Source of the DNA: an uncultured Pseudobdellovibrionaceae bacterium
GTDB taxonomy: Bacteria; Bdellovibrionota; Bdellovibrionia; Bdellovibrionales; UBA1609
Length of the DNA stretch: 64,000 nt
Direction: 5' to 3'
Assembly (NCBI GenBank): GCA_963803705.1
Contig: CAWDNU010000003.1
Coordinates: 96,001 to 160,000, forward strand
The stretch's first letter is position 1; every line of letters begins with the position of its first letter. A model generated the notes under the pieces. The model saw only the letters and a list, made by a program, of their open reading frames with translations. It was not told the origin of the DNA and did not search any database. The translations under genes and the position numbers were made by a program. Below are positions 51,716-62,261 of this stretch, piece after piece.

Positions 51716-53146
51716 ATGAAACTTTCTAGTTTTTCTTTATTTAAAAAACCACTTTTTATGACCGCACTGTTTAGTTTGGCGGCCCTAGCTTTGGTTTTTA
51801 TGATTTTAAAGCAGTCAAATATTCAAAAAACAGAATCTAAAATTTCAAGTTACTTAAAAGATTGGAATTACGAGTTTTCAGATCAGGTTTATCATAAAAA
51901 GAATTATGAACTAATCAAAAAAGTTTTAAAGACTTTAGAATCCGAACCTATCTCAAGTTACGAAGTTACAGTCGGCGGCAACACCATCTTAGCTTGGTCA
52001 GATCGAGGTAAATTTAAAAGCTCGGATTCGTCTTGTATAGCAGTAACTCGGTCGATTAGAATCTCTGCTGGACCTAAGGTTGGTGATATTAGTTTTTGTA
52101 TGTCTGAAACTAAGATTATTGGACGAATCTTTAAAGATCCCATTTTTTGGTTAATCATATTGTTATTTGTAGTTTTATTAGCTTTATCAGCCGTTGTTCC
52201 ATTGAGGGGATATAAAGCGTCCTTAGAGGTTACACTTCAGTCACTTAAAGCTTGGCGTATGGACTCAGATTTAAATCATATAATCACTGATAAAAAAGAT
52301 AAAGTATCTAATGAAATACTGGGTCTGTTTAATGATGGCTTAGAAACAAAGCTTGAGCTTTTAGATGTTAAAAATGAACTTAAAACTCAAGCAATGATGA
52401 CTGAACTTACTAGAAGAGTGGCCCATGATTTAAGGTCACCAACAACTGCAATCAATGAAATTATATCTGACTCAAAAGAGTTTAATAAAAATTCAAAAGA
52501 TTTTCAAATTATTAAGGCATCGACAGAAAGCTTACTAGAAATTTGCCGAGACCTATTACATAAAACAAAAGAAAAGTATAAATATGACAATTCAATTATT
52601 GAAGACATAGTACCATTGGTTAAAGAAATGGTAAATCAAATAAAAAGACCAAATCAAAATGTGAGTTTTCAATTTGAAGGTGAGAAAAAATTATTAGCCA
52701 AAGTTAATCGCTCTGATTTTAAAAGAGTAGTTTCAAATTTATTAAATAATGCAGTTGAGGCCACAAATAACTTAAAAAACGGAGCTATATTAATTTCATT
52801 TGAAATCACACATCAAGGTCAGCCGCTGATTACAATTACTGACAATGGTTGTGGAATCAGCGAAGAAAATCTTCAAAAGGTTTCAAGAACTGGTTTTAGT
52901 TTTGGAAAAGAAAACGGCAATGGCCTTGGTTTATCATCTGCAAAAGATAAAATTGAGTCTTGGAGTGGAAGGCTTTTGATAACTTCAATGGTTGGAAAAG
53001 GCACAAGCGTAAAAATATATTTATTTAATGATATGATTGAAATTGAAGATTACGGATCAAAAATAAAGAGGCCAACCTATGAAAGTAATTGCAAGTTTAT
53101 TTATCTCTTTAATATTAATTTTAAGTGGATGCTCAATGGTGCCTAA
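51716..53146 (+). CDS. Sensor histidine kinase, copy 2
   Basis: Two TMs, VAHDLRSP, NLLNNAVEA, DNGCG and GNGLGL boxes. Confidence 0.92.
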   Translation: MKLSSFSLFKKPLFMTALFSLAALALVFMILKQSNIQKTESKISSYLKDWNYEFSDQVYHKKNYELIKKVLKTLESEPISSYEVTVGGNTILAWSDRGKFKSSDSSCIAVTRSIRISAGPKVGDISFCMSETKIIGRIFKDPIFWLIILLFVVLLALSAVVPLRGYKASLEVTLQSLKAWRMDSDLNHIITDKKDKVSNEILGLFNDGLETKLELLDVKNELKTQAMMTELTRRVAHDLRSPTTAINEIISDSKEFNKNSKDFQIIKASTESLLEICRDLLHKTKEKYKYDNSIIEDIVPLVKEMVNQIKRPNQNVSFQFEGEKKLLAKVNRSDFKRVVSNLLNNAVEATNNLKNGAILISFEITHQGQPLITITDNGCGISEENLQKVSRTGFSFGKENGNGLGLSSAKDKIESWSGRLLITSMVGKGTSVKIYLFNDMIEIEDYGSKIKRPTYESNCKFIYLFNINFKWMLNGA

Positions 53147-53570
53147 AACTAAAAACGGCAAGAAAAGATTAGGTGTTACCCTTGGAGCTATAGGCGTTGG
53201 TGCTGCGATTGGAGCAAGCACTGCTCCTGAAGATGAAAAACCAAGCTTTCACGCAGTTACTTGGGGCGCTGTTTTTGGATTAGTTGCTAAATTTGTTGCA
53301 GACTATATTTGGAGTGATCAACAGGAACTAGAAGAAACAAAAAAAGATTTTGAAGATTACAAAACTAAAAATGAATTTATCAAAATTGATGAAAAGCTTG
53401 GTTATATGATTGATAAAAAAAGTGGTAAAAATATTAAAGTTATTTATGAGGTCCATAAGGGTCGAAAAGTTATTCCTATAAATGATCAAGAAAAATATAT
53501 TGCTGAAACAATTTTGAAAGCAAGGCCTGTGAATCAAGATGAAGACTTAAATAAGGATAACAAAAAATAG
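53079..53570 (+). CDS. Glycine-zipper lipoprotein, copy 2
   Basis: Lipobox LSGC; GAIGVGAAIGASTAP...WGAVFG; GAGG RBS. Confidence 0.8.
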   Translation: MKVIASLFISLILILSGCSMVPKTKNGKKRLGVTLGAIGVGAAIGASTAPEDEKPSFHAVTWGAVFGLVAKFVADYIWSDQQELEETKKDFEDYKTKNEFIKIDEKLGYMIDKKSGKNIKVIYEVHKGRKVIPINDQEKYIAETILKARPVNQDEDLNKDNKK

Positions 53571-54447
53571 ATGAAAAAATATTTAATTGTTTTTCTTATT
53601 TTTTGGCTAGGAACTATTCATTTTTTAGCCTATGAGAATCCACGAGTTCAAATGCTTGTGAATTATTTTAATTCAAAAAACCAAAGCCAGGATTTAGGTC
53701 CAAGTGTTGAAGATGATTATGAATTGATTTTAAAATTTTTAGATGTCTATTACCCCTTAAATGAAAACTCTAATACTAAACAGATTTTTAGTTCAGTTGA
53801 AAAATTAGTTGATCCAAGCGTCAGAGCAAAAATCCTAGAGGGCTACAAAGAAAACCTAGATTTTTTAATGGGTAAAAAATCTACTCGTTCTTACAATTTA
53901 GAAAAAATTTTAAAAATGAAAAAAGATGGAAATTATATTGTCTATCTGAATATGAAAAAGTCTTTAAATGGTTCAAAAGATTTCCCCTATGTTTTTAAAG
54001 TTACTTTCGATATTAAAAATGATAATTTGATAAATAGTGGGTCTCCCCAAATTCATGATTTCAAAGAAGTTGTGATCACAGAACCAACTGAAGAGTTGAT
54101 TAATAAAGATTTATTTGTTGAAAATGGGGTTGTGACTGATTCTGACTTTCCATGTGAAACTAATATCCTTTCACCAGTTAATTCAAAAAGTGAAATTGAA
54201 TATAAAGTTTTACCAAGGGAAAAAGGCATCTTTTAGCCCCTCTAAAGATTTTAAAGAAGAAGAGTTTAAGGCCATTTGTGGCCGCAGAAGTTTTAAAATT
54301 AAGTTATCGAGCAGTAGTTCCTATATTACGCTATATCAGAAGTTTGATAACTCAGACAGTAAATACAAACCTAAGCTATTGACCGAAGAAGAACAGTTGG
54401 CCAAAGATATCAAAGAACAATTTGGTGGAGAATTTATTAGTAGATGA
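53571..54447 (+). pseudogene. VirB8/TraK-like periplasmic protein, copy 2 (frameshift near 54220)
   Basis: Aligns with 21492-22328 (ENPRV, FLDVYY, FPC, AICG...FKIKL); the C-terminus is in another frame. Confidence 0.65.
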
Positions 54448-54471
54448 GGACGAAACGACTAAGCCGAGGTT

Positions 54472-55350
54472 TTGATGAATGAGCTACAATACAAAATCAA
54501 ATTATTTGACGATTTTATCTCAGACAGTGACGAACGCAATAGGTTTGTATTAAAAGAAAAATATTCTGAATATGTTTTAGAAAAAGCATCGGAGTATTCA
54601 GTGCTTATTCATACATCATGGGTAAGTGAACTTATTCATAAAAAATCAATCATTTACCTAAAATATGGTGTCTTAAAAAGATTTATATTGATACTGACTT
54701 ACTTCGAAAGAATCATTAGAATTGCACCTGCTACTAGAGTTGACCCTCTGGATTTTGAAGAGGTATGCCAATTTAATGCTAATCTTAACAGCTTGTTAAT
54801 TAGCCTTACAGGATTAATTGACTGTGCAATGTGGGTCTTTGTTTATGAAAACTCTAAAACTGAAATGAAACTTGAAGATAAGCTTTACTGTAGCCCAAGA
54901 TGTTTTGAAGAAAATAAAACATTAATAAAATTAAATGATATTTTTTTTAAAATTTTGAAAGTTAATAAAGTTTTCTCAGATAAAATACTAGATTATAAAG
55001 ATTGGTATAGAGAACTTAGCGGCAAAAGAAATTTCGTTGCTCACGGGGTGCCATTTAGAATAAGTGATCCGCATATTGATTTGAGTTCAAAACCACTAAA
55101 AGAAAGATATGACAAAAAGATACATCAGGCTTTTCTAACTAAAGACCGTATTTATTTAAAAACTTTACAGTATGAAGCATCTAAAATTGGAGTTTTTCAA
55201 CCAACTTATATTGGCTTCACCGGAAAAAAAGAAATAACTTATAATCTGTATGAGTCTATACCTGAACATATAGTAAAAACAATTAATCTGGCGACCTTGA
55301 TTTTAAATACAGCCTTACTTGATAGTCGATTAACGAATCAAGAAAAGTAG
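54472..55350 (+). CDS. HEPN-like (Cthe_2314-type) putative RNase
   Basis: All-helical; RX4H motif KRNFVAHG. Confidence 0.55.
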   Translation: MMNELQYKIKLFDDFISDSDERNRFVLKEKYSEYVLEKASEYSVLIHTSWVSELIHKKSIIYLKYGVLKRFILILTYFERIIRIAPATRVDPLDFEEVCQFNANLNSLLISLTGLIDCAMWVFVYENSKTEMKLEDKLYCSPRCFEENKTLIKLNDIFFKILKVNKVFSDKILDYKDWYRELSGKRNFVAHGVPFRISDPHIDLSSKPLKERYDKKIHQAFLTKDRIYLKTLQYEASKIGVFQPTYIGFTGKKEITYNLYESIPEHIVKTINLATLILNTALLDSRLTNQEK

Positions 55351-55539
55351 TATACATAAGGTTTTAAATTTAGAACTAAAAAGTAATATAGAGCACAACT
55401 TTATGGGGGGTGGCCAGCCGGCGGTTTTTTTTAGAGCCAATAATATCTTTAATGTCGAAGCCAGAAATCACAACTCGATTCTAAAAGATCTTACTCAATT
55501 AGGTGGCCGAAACTTAAGCTTAGGTCTAAGGGCTTATTT

Positions 55540-56076
55540 TTAGACATATCGAATCTTTGTATCAGTCAGTGTCCAAGTAGGAATAGCTCCGCCGATTAAA
55601 GCTCCTATTAGCCAAAGAATGGCCAAGCTTAAGGACATGTGAGCACCAAGAGCCATAAAAGTGGCTAATGACAAAAAACCAAGAGAAAAAATTTGAATAA
55701 AATAATTTTTCTTAAGCACCCTGAATTCATCTCGATTTAAAATCATCCATGCGGCTAAAACGCTAAAGCTGACAAAAATAACTCCACAAAGAGGCATGCA
55801 TACCGTGTGGCCAAACGTCATAAAATACTCCGATAGCGAAAGTTGTGTGTTAAATGGGTTTAGGCCAAACTGATTACAAATGGCCAAAGAAAGTGTTCCA
55901 AAAATGGAATGAACGACCAATAGTTTTAGAAACACAATCCAAGGAGAAGGGTTCATCATTTTTTTTACATTCATAAGAATTAAATCTGAAATATGTTTTG
56001 GTGGCTCAATGGGTTGAGCTGACATAAATTCATTATACTCTTTTAGCCATTCGTTTTCATTTAATTTTTTTTTCAT
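55540..56076 (-). CDS. Putative membrane anti-sigma factor
   Basis: Overlaps the ECF sigma stop; about 4 TMs with Cys residues (ICNQFG, CMPLCG). Confidence 0.65.
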   Translation of the reverse strand: MKKKLNENEWLKEYNEFMSAQPIEPPKHISDLILMNVKKMMNPSPWIVFLKLLVVHSIFGTLSLAICNQFGLNPFNTQLSLSEYFMTFGHTVCMPLCGVIFVSFSVLAAWMILNRDEFRVLKKNYFIQIFSLGFLSLATFMALGAHMSLSLAILWLIGALIGGAIPTWTLTDTKIRYV

Positions 56077-56630
56077 AGGCTATCCTCGCTTTTTCCAAGG
56101 GCTAATTTAACCTTCCTTAAGCCTCTACTAATAAGTTGCCTCACATTTTGTGGAGTAGTTTTAAATTCAGTAGCGATTTTCTCAAAAGTCCAATCGTCGA
56201 TATAACGAAGTTTCAAGGCCAACTTTTGAGATTCAGGTAAATTTCCCATGATAAAATCTAACTGCTCAAGACTACCAAAGTCAGCCAAGCCGCTATCACC
56301 GGGTATGTCTTTAAGGTCATACACGAACGAATTTTTTTTAGTTTTTGTCTCTGCTTTTTTAAAATGATCAAATAAAATATTTCTGGCTATTGTAAAAACC
56401 CAAGGTAAAAAAGGATATTGAGTATTGTATTTATCTCTTGAATTATGAATTCTCGCAAAAGTGTCTTGTAAAAACTCTTGAGCTAGTTCTTTACCGACCT
56501 TACTATTTAAATATTCAAATAAACGTCCAGAATGTCGTTTATATAAAATTTCAAAAGCCATTAAGTCGCTTGTCTGATACAAAACCATAAGTTCCTCGTC
56601 AGATAGATTTAGTTTTTCGTTACTTTTCAT
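56073..56630 (-). CDS. ECF sigma factor
   Basis: SDEELM, LQDTF and WVFTIARN region 2; region 4 HTH. Confidence 0.92.
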   Translation of the reverse strand: MKSNEKLNLSDEELMVLYQTSDLMAFEILYKRHSGRLFEYLNSKVGKELAQEFLQDTFARIHNSRDKYNTQYPFLPWVFTIARNILFDHFKKAETKTKKNSFVYDLKDIPGDSGLADFGSLEQLDFIMGNLPESQKLALKLRYIDDWTFEKIATEFKTTPQNVRQLISRGLRKVKLALGKSEDSL

Positions 56631-56650
56631 CCACTACCTACATTAGACAT

Positions 56651-56676
56651 TACGAGTTAATTCTAATTTTGTGACA
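56651..56676 (-). promoter_or_regulatory. Candidate ECF promoter (autoregulatory)
   Basis: TGTCACA-N15-CGTA on the minus strand, facing the sigma gene. Confidence 0.7.
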
Positions 56677-56731
56677 CATCTTTCTTAAATAATTAGCAAA
56701 ATTAAAATAATGGTTATTTTAACCCCATTGC

Positions 56732-56757
56732 TGTCACAAAGAAGAGTTTATATCGTA
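56732..56757 (+). promoter_or_regulatory. Candidate ECF promoter of the cus operon
   Basis: TGTCACA-N15-CGTA, identical spacing to the divergent copy. Confidence 0.7.
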
Positions 56758-56766
56758 TAGACTTAT

Positions 56767-58005
56767 ATGACAGTCTCTTTTCAATCATATTGGTTATTTA
56801 CGTTAAATTTACTAATAAATTTATTTATAGGTTTGCTTATTTCTCAGACATCTATAGCCGCTGAGATCCTAAGCTCTGAAGATTTTTTGGCTTTGGCCTT
56901 AAAAGAGAATCTAGATTTACGTCTAGCGAAAGCTGAAACTAAAGTGGTCAGCTCTTCAGCTAGCGGAATACGAATTCCAGCACCTTCTGTGGGGTTCACT
57001 CAGATGAACATGCAAGGAGGCCAGACAGCTCAAGGATGGCAAGTGAGTCAAACGATTCCTTTTCCAACAAAGATTCTTCGTGACCATTCCGCAAGAAAAT
57101 ATGCTTTGGATGCTCAAAAGCAAGATGAACTAGTAGCTGATCAAGAATTACGTGCTCAAGCCAAGTATATCTATTTTTTGATTTGGGAAACCCAGGAACA
57201 GAAATCTGTTTTAAAAGAAAAAAAAGATGTTTTACTAAAACATATCCGCATCGCAAAATCAGTGGCTCAATCAGATACGTTTGCAAAGATTCACGTTTTA
57301 AAGGCAGAGTCTGAAGTGGATCTATTAGAAAATGAATTGGATTTGGTTTCTCAGGTTCATCAAGAACGACAATCCATGGCGGCTCAGTTCTTAAACAAAG
57401 AGCCTGGAGTCTTTAAGATTAAAGTCACAAACCCAGGGTTATCAAAAGCTCCAGATATTTCTTCAGTTGAAGAGACTCCACAAATTCAATCCTTAAATAA
57501 ACGTTTAAAAAGTTATCAGGCCTTAGAAAAAGTAGGTCATGCAGAGTGGCTTCCTGATTTCACAATTGGCTACTCGCACATGGATGACACGATGAGGTTT
57601 CCACCGAACAATCAAATTATGGTCGGAATCACCTTACCTTTTGTTTATTTTTGGCAAGCCGATGCAAAATCTAAAGAGAGCACCGCGCAAAAACTAAAGA
57701 CCGAGATTAATCTATATAAAGCCAAAAGAAATATTCAGGCTGAAAAAGTAAATCTAGAAAGCGCACTTCAAACCTTTGAAAGACAAATTTCAACTTTAAA
57801 GAATAAGATTTTACCAAAAGCGGTCAAAAGAAAAAAACTTTTTCAAAACGTTGCACCTAGAGATTTGAGTACCTTGCAGGAACATTTAGACACTCATCTT
57901 GCTATTCCAGATATTAGGCTACAAATTTTAAGTCTACAGTCAAAGTATGAGCAAACCGTGTCTATGTTATCGCGATATAAAACACACAAAGGAAGTGCAA
58001 ATTGA
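56767..58005 (+). CDS. TolC-family outer-membrane protein (CusC-like)
   Basis: VSQTIPFPTK, WLPDF and GITLPF OEP motifs; context. Confidence 0.8.
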   Translation: MTVSFQSYWLFTLNLLINLFIGLLISQTSIAAEILSSEDFLALALKENLDLRLAKAETKVVSSSASGIRIPAPSVGFTQMNMQGGQTAQGWQVSQTIPFPTKILRDHSARKYALDAQKQDELVADQELRAQAKYIYFLIWETQEQKSVLKEKKDVLLKHIRIAKSVAQSDTFAKIHVLKAESEVDLLENELDLVSQVHQERQSMAAQFLNKEPGVFKIKVTNPGLSKAPDISSVEETPQIQSLNKRLKSYQALEKVGHAEWLPDFTIGYSHMDDTMRFPPNNQIMVGITLPFVYFWQADAKSKESTAQKLKTEINLYKAKRNIQAEKVNLESALQTFERQISTLKNKILPKAVKRKKLFQNVAPRDLSTLQEHLDTHLAIPDIRLQILSLQSKYEQTVSMLSRYKTHKGSAN

Positions 58006-58988
58006 GAAAGCAGACAGGGGTGATTTTAACTTTAATTTTTGGTTCAGTTGTAGTTTTCTTATTAATCTATCTTTTTGGATCAGGTTTTTTTAAACATCAG
58101 TCTGCGGATCATCAGTCTAAAAACAACCAAATGACAAACCATCAAAGCAGCCATGCTCATAGCGATGGAGATGCTCATGCAAGCAATGAAAAACAAATTT
58201 ATACATGTCCCATGCATCCTGAGATTCGTGAAAGCAGACCTGGGAGCTGTCCTATTTGTCACATGAAATTAGTCAAAGTGGTTAATGAATCTAACAAAAA
58301 CATTAAGGGTAGTAATAAAAACAATACTGAAAGCGAAATCAGTTTAAATATATCACCTTATCAATCGAGCCTTGTTGGTCTTAAACCTATCAAAGTTTTA
58401 AAAAAAGAAGTTGAGCATTTAATACCTATATCGGGTCGAATTATTTCAAAAACTTCCCTTGCGCTGCAAGTTTTTGAAAAAGACTTAAGATATATAAAAT
58501 CAGGGGTGAAGTTTTATGGCCGTTCTGAAGTCTTTCCCGAAGACCTTATTAAAGGTGAAATATATTCCATAGATAATCTTGCAGATCCAAGTAGCCGTAC
58601 AGTTAGAGTCCTAGGTCGAATCACTGATAGCGGCAGAAATTCGCTTTCAGAGTCTAGTTTCACGGGTGAAGTAATTGTAGCTCTGGGCGAGAAATTAGTA
58701 GTGCCTGAAAAAAGTATTTTATTTACAGGTCAAGGTGATTTCGTTTATTTGTATCAAGAAGAAATTCTTCAACCTCAAAGAGTAAGTCTTGGTCCAAAAG
58801 TAGGTGAAGAGTATGTTATTTTAGATGGCCTTAACGAAAATGACATGATCAGTTCGGGACCCAATTTTTTAATTGATTCCGAAAGTAAGATTCGTGGTTT
58901 ATCCACAAAAAAATCTAATCCAAATTGTCCTAAAGGTCAAAAATGGAATGAACCCATGTCGATGTGCATGACAAGTGAAACGTTATGA
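58002..58988 (+). CDS. cusB: CusB-like adaptor with heavy-metal-binding domain
   Basis: His-rich stretch, YTCPMHP...CPICHMKL and NFLIDSES motifs. Confidence 0.85.
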   Translation: MRKQTGVILTLIFGSVVVFLLIYLFGSGFFKHQSADHQSKNNQMTNHQSSHAHSDGDAHASNEKQIYTCPMHPEIRESRPGSCPICHMKLVKVVNESNKNIKGSNKNNTESEISLNISPYQSSLVGLKPIKVLKKEVEHLIPISGRIISKTSLALQVFEKDLRYIKSGVKFYGRSEVFPEDLIKGEIYSIDNLADPSSRTVRVLGRITDSGRNSLSESSFTGEVIVALGEKLVVPEKSILFTGQGDFVYLYQEEILQPQRVSLGPKVGEEYVILDGLNENDMISSGPNFLIDSESKIRGLSTKKSNPNCPKGQKWNEPMSMCMTSETL

Positions 58989-61900
58989 TTGGGAAAATAA
59001 TTGATTTTTCAGCACATAATCGGTTTTTAGTTATTTCTATAACTGCACTTTTAACTGTGATCGGTGTTTTTAGTTTAAAAAATATTCCACTTGATGCCAT
59101 ACCTGATTTGTCTGATACCCAAGTTATTATTTATTCTAAATGGGACCGTTCACCTGACATCATAGAAAATCAAGTCACTTATCCTATAGTATCGGCTATG
59201 CTGGGCGCTCCTAAAGTGAAGTCTGTTCGAGGCTCTTCGGATTATGGTTACTCTTATGTTTATGTTATTTTTGAAGATGGAACAGATCTTTATTGGGCAC
59301 GAAGCCGAGTGATCGAAAGTTTAAATCGAATCAACTCCCAACTGCCTGAGGGGGTTAGAACTGAAATAGGGCCTGACGCTACAAGCGTGGGATGGGTCTA
59401 TCAATATGCTTTAGTAGATAAATCAGGAAAGCTAAATGCCGCCGAGTTAAGAAGTTTGCAAGATTGGACTTTGAAATTTCAGCTTCAATCCGTTTCCGGA
59501 GTCGCCGAAGTGGCCAGCCTTGGCGGTTACGTCAAACAGTTTCAAGTCAAAGTTGATCCAACTAAACTTCAACTTTATAATCTTTCAATCAAACAAGTGA
59601 TGGACGCCGTTCGTGATTCGAATCAAGAAACGGGTGGCAGAACCATAGAGTTTTCTGGCGCTGAAGCCATGGTACGTAGCCGTGCTTTAGTTGAAAAAAC
59701 AGAAGACATTGAAAATGCCGTGATCACGTACGGCTTAAATAGTCGATCCCCCATTTTAGTCAAGCAAGTGGCCGATGTAAGTATTGGTGCAGAAATGCGA
59801 AGGGGCATCACTGACTTCAATGGAACAGGCGACACTGTTGGTGGAGTAATAGTGATGCGTCAAGGAGAAGATGCTCCTTCTGTGATTTCTGCGGTGAAAG
59901 AAAAGATGAATGAGCTTCAAAAATTTCTTCCTGAGGGTGTCGAATTTCATACAGTTTATGATCGTTCAGATTTAATCGAAAGAGCCATACATACTTTGAA
60001 GGCCACTCTTATTGAAGAGTTAATTATTGTAAGTTTAATTATTTTACTGTTTTTATGGCACATTCCATCTGCCATTGTTCCTATTGTGACCATACCTGTT
60101 TCAGTCCTTTTGGCTTTTATTCCTCTTTATATTTTGGGAGAAAGTTCAAACATCATGTCGCTTTCAGGAATCGCAATTTCGATCGGGGTCTTAGTAGATG
60201 GTGCGATTGTTGAAGTCGAAAACGCTTATAAAAAAATTCAACTATGGGACGAAGGTGGCAGAAAAGGTGATTTTTTTAAAGTTCGATTAGATGCTTTAAA
60301 AGAAGTCGGGCCTTCGGTCTTTTTTTCACTTCTTGTCATTGCCGTCGCCTTTATTCCTGTATTCACTTTGATTGACCAAGAGGGTCGTTTGTTTCGACCA
60401 CTTGCACTTTCAAAAACTTTTATAATGGCAATCGCTTCGTTTTTAGCAGTGACTTTTGATCCTGCAATGCGAATGATGTTTGCTCGGATTGAACCCTTTA
60501 ATACTAAGTATTCTATTTTAAATAAAATTGGCGACAAATTTCTTATTGGGACTTACTACAAAGAAGAACGTCATCCTATTAGTAAAAGACTATTTAAATT
60601 TTATACTCCAGCTGTTAAATGGACTCTTCGTCATAGGAAAACAACTTTAGTTTTAGCTTTTGTAGGAACTCTTTCAATTATTCCTGGACTTAAATTTTTA
60701 GGATCAGAGTTTATGCCTACATTGCATGAAGGCAGTTTACTTTATATGCCAACGGCATTGCCAGGGCTTTCAGTAACTGAAGCTCAAAAACTTTTAATTG
60801 TTCAGGATCAAATATTAAAAAGTTTTCCAGAAGTGGACACTGTGTTTGGAAAAGCAGGACGAGCAGACACCTCTACGGATACAGCACCTTTAAGTATGAT
60901 TGAAACGACGATCACTTTAAAGCCTAAAGCAGAATGGCGAAAAAATGATCGTTGGTATTCAAGTCTTCCTGAGATCCTAAAATTTCCATTTGTTAAAATA
61001 TGGCCAGAAACAATAAGTGAAGAAAGCTTAATTGAAGAAATGAATTCACGACTTAGCTTTATCGGGATGCCAAATATTTGGACCATGCCCATTAAAAATC
61101 GAATAGATATGCTTTCAACGGGTATTCGAAGTCCAATAGGCCTAAAGATTTTTGGCCCTGACTTAGAAACCATTCAAGCTATTGGTCAGGATATTGAACA
61201 AAAAATAAAAACAGTGAAAGGCACCAGATCAGTTGTGGCCGAACGAATAGCCAGCGGATATTTTTTGGATGTGGATTTTGACAGAGAAAAAATAAAACTG
61301 TATGGACTTTCTGTAAAAGAAGCACAAGACCAAGCTATGGCTGCAATTGGCGGCTCGAATGTTTCTCAAGTCTTAGCCACTAGAGAACGTTATCCAATAC
61401 AAGTTCGCTTTGCACCTGCTTTTAGACAAGATAAAGAGAGTATTAAACGAGTTTTAATTACGTCACCTACGGGGGCGCAGATTCCTTTAAGTTCTATTGC
61501 GAAAGTTCATATTAAAAATGGGCCGGGAATGATTCGTGATGAAAACGCGTCTCTGGTTGGTTATGTTTATATTGATATTGATCCTGAAGCTACAGACATT
61601 GGGACTTATGTGACTTTAGCTAAACAAGCATTAGATAAAAACCTGAAAATTCCTGAAGGGTATATTGTCGAATGGAGTGGTCAGTTTAAAAACATGGAGC
61701 GGGTCAAAGCTCGTTTAAAAATTATCATTCCGTTAACCTTAATTTTAATTCTATATCTACTCTATTTTAACACTCAATCATGGGTAAAAACTGGAATTAT
61801 TCTTTTGGCAGTTCCCTTTTCCTTGATTGGAGCCGTATGGCTTTTGGTTTTCCTTGGATACAACATATCTATTGCCGCTTGGGTAGGAATGATTGCTCTT

Positions 61901-62248
61901 TTAGGTTTGGATGCCGAAACCGGTGTTTTTATGTTAATGTACTTAGATCATGCTTATGAAGATCGGATCAAAGCAGGGAAATTGAATACAAGGCAAGATT
62001 TAGAAGATGCGGTTATCGAGGGCGCAGTACACAGAGTTCGACCAAAATTAATGACTGTGTTGGCCTTATTTATGGGTTTGATTCCTATCATGTGGTCCAC
62101 GGGTGCTGGAAGCGACGTGATGAAAAGGATTGCGGCACCAATGATCGGTGGTCTTGCGACTTCATTTATTTTGGAACTACTTATTTACCCCGTTATTTTT
62201 TATATTTGGAAAGAGCAAATTTTTAAAACTAACAAAACCACCATTTAA
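58985..62248 (+). CDS. cusA: Cu/Ag RND efflux transporter
   Basis: PLDAIPDLSDTQVI, GPDATSVGW, RIDMLSTGI and MKRIAAPM motifs. Confidence 0.95.
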   Translation: MIGKIIDFSAHNRFLVISITALLTVIGVFSLKNIPLDAIPDLSDTQVIIYSKWDRSPDIIENQVTYPIVSAMLGAPKVKSVRGSSDYGYSYVYVIFEDGTDLYWARSRVIESLNRINSQLPEGVRTEIGPDATSVGWVYQYALVDKSGKLNAAELRSLQDWTLKFQLQSVSGVAEVASLGGYVKQFQVKVDPTKLQLYNLSIKQVMDAVRDSNQETGGRTIEFSGAEAMVRSRALVEKTEDIENAVITYGLNSRSPILVKQVADVSIGAEMRRGITDFNGTGDTVGGVIVMRQGEDAPSVISAVKEKMNELQKFLPEGVEFHTVYDRSDLIERAIHTLKATLIEELIIVSLIILLFLWHIPSAIVPIVTIPVSVLLAFIPLYILGESSNIMSLSGIAISIGVLVDGAIVEVENAYKKIQLWDEGGRKGDFFKVRLDALKEVGPSVFFSLLVIAVAFIPVFTLIDQEGRLFRPLALSKTFIMAIASFLAVTFDPAMRMMFARIEPFNTKYSILNKIGDKFLIGTYYKEERHPISKRLFKFYTPAVKWTLRHRKTTLVLAFVGTLSIIPGLKFLGSEFMPTLHEGSLLYMPTALPGLSVTEAQKLLIVQDQILKSFPEVDTVFGKAGRADTSTDTAPLSMIETTITLKPKAEWRKNDRWYSSLPEILKFPFVKIWPETISEESLIEEMNSRLSFIGMPNIWTMPIKNRIDMLSTGIRSPIGLKIFGPDLETIQAIGQDIEQKIKTVKGTRSVVAERIASGYFLDVDFDREKIKLYGLSVKEAQDQAMAAIGGSNVSQVLATRERYPIQVRFAPAFRQDKESIKRVLITSPTGAQIPLSSIAKVHIKNGPGMIRDENASLVGYVYIDIDPEATDIGTYVTLAKQALDKNLKIPEGYIVEWSGQFKNMERVKARLKIIIPLTLILILYLLYFNTQSWVKTGIILLAVPFSLIGAVWLLVFLGYNISIAAWVGMIALLGLDAETGVFMLMYLDHAYEDRIKAGKLNTRQDLEDAVIEGAVHRVRPKLMTVLALFMGLIPIMWSTGAGSDVMKRIAAPMIGGLATSFILELLIYPVIFYIWKEQIFKTNKTTI

Positions 62249-62261
62249 CAAGGAGAAAAAA

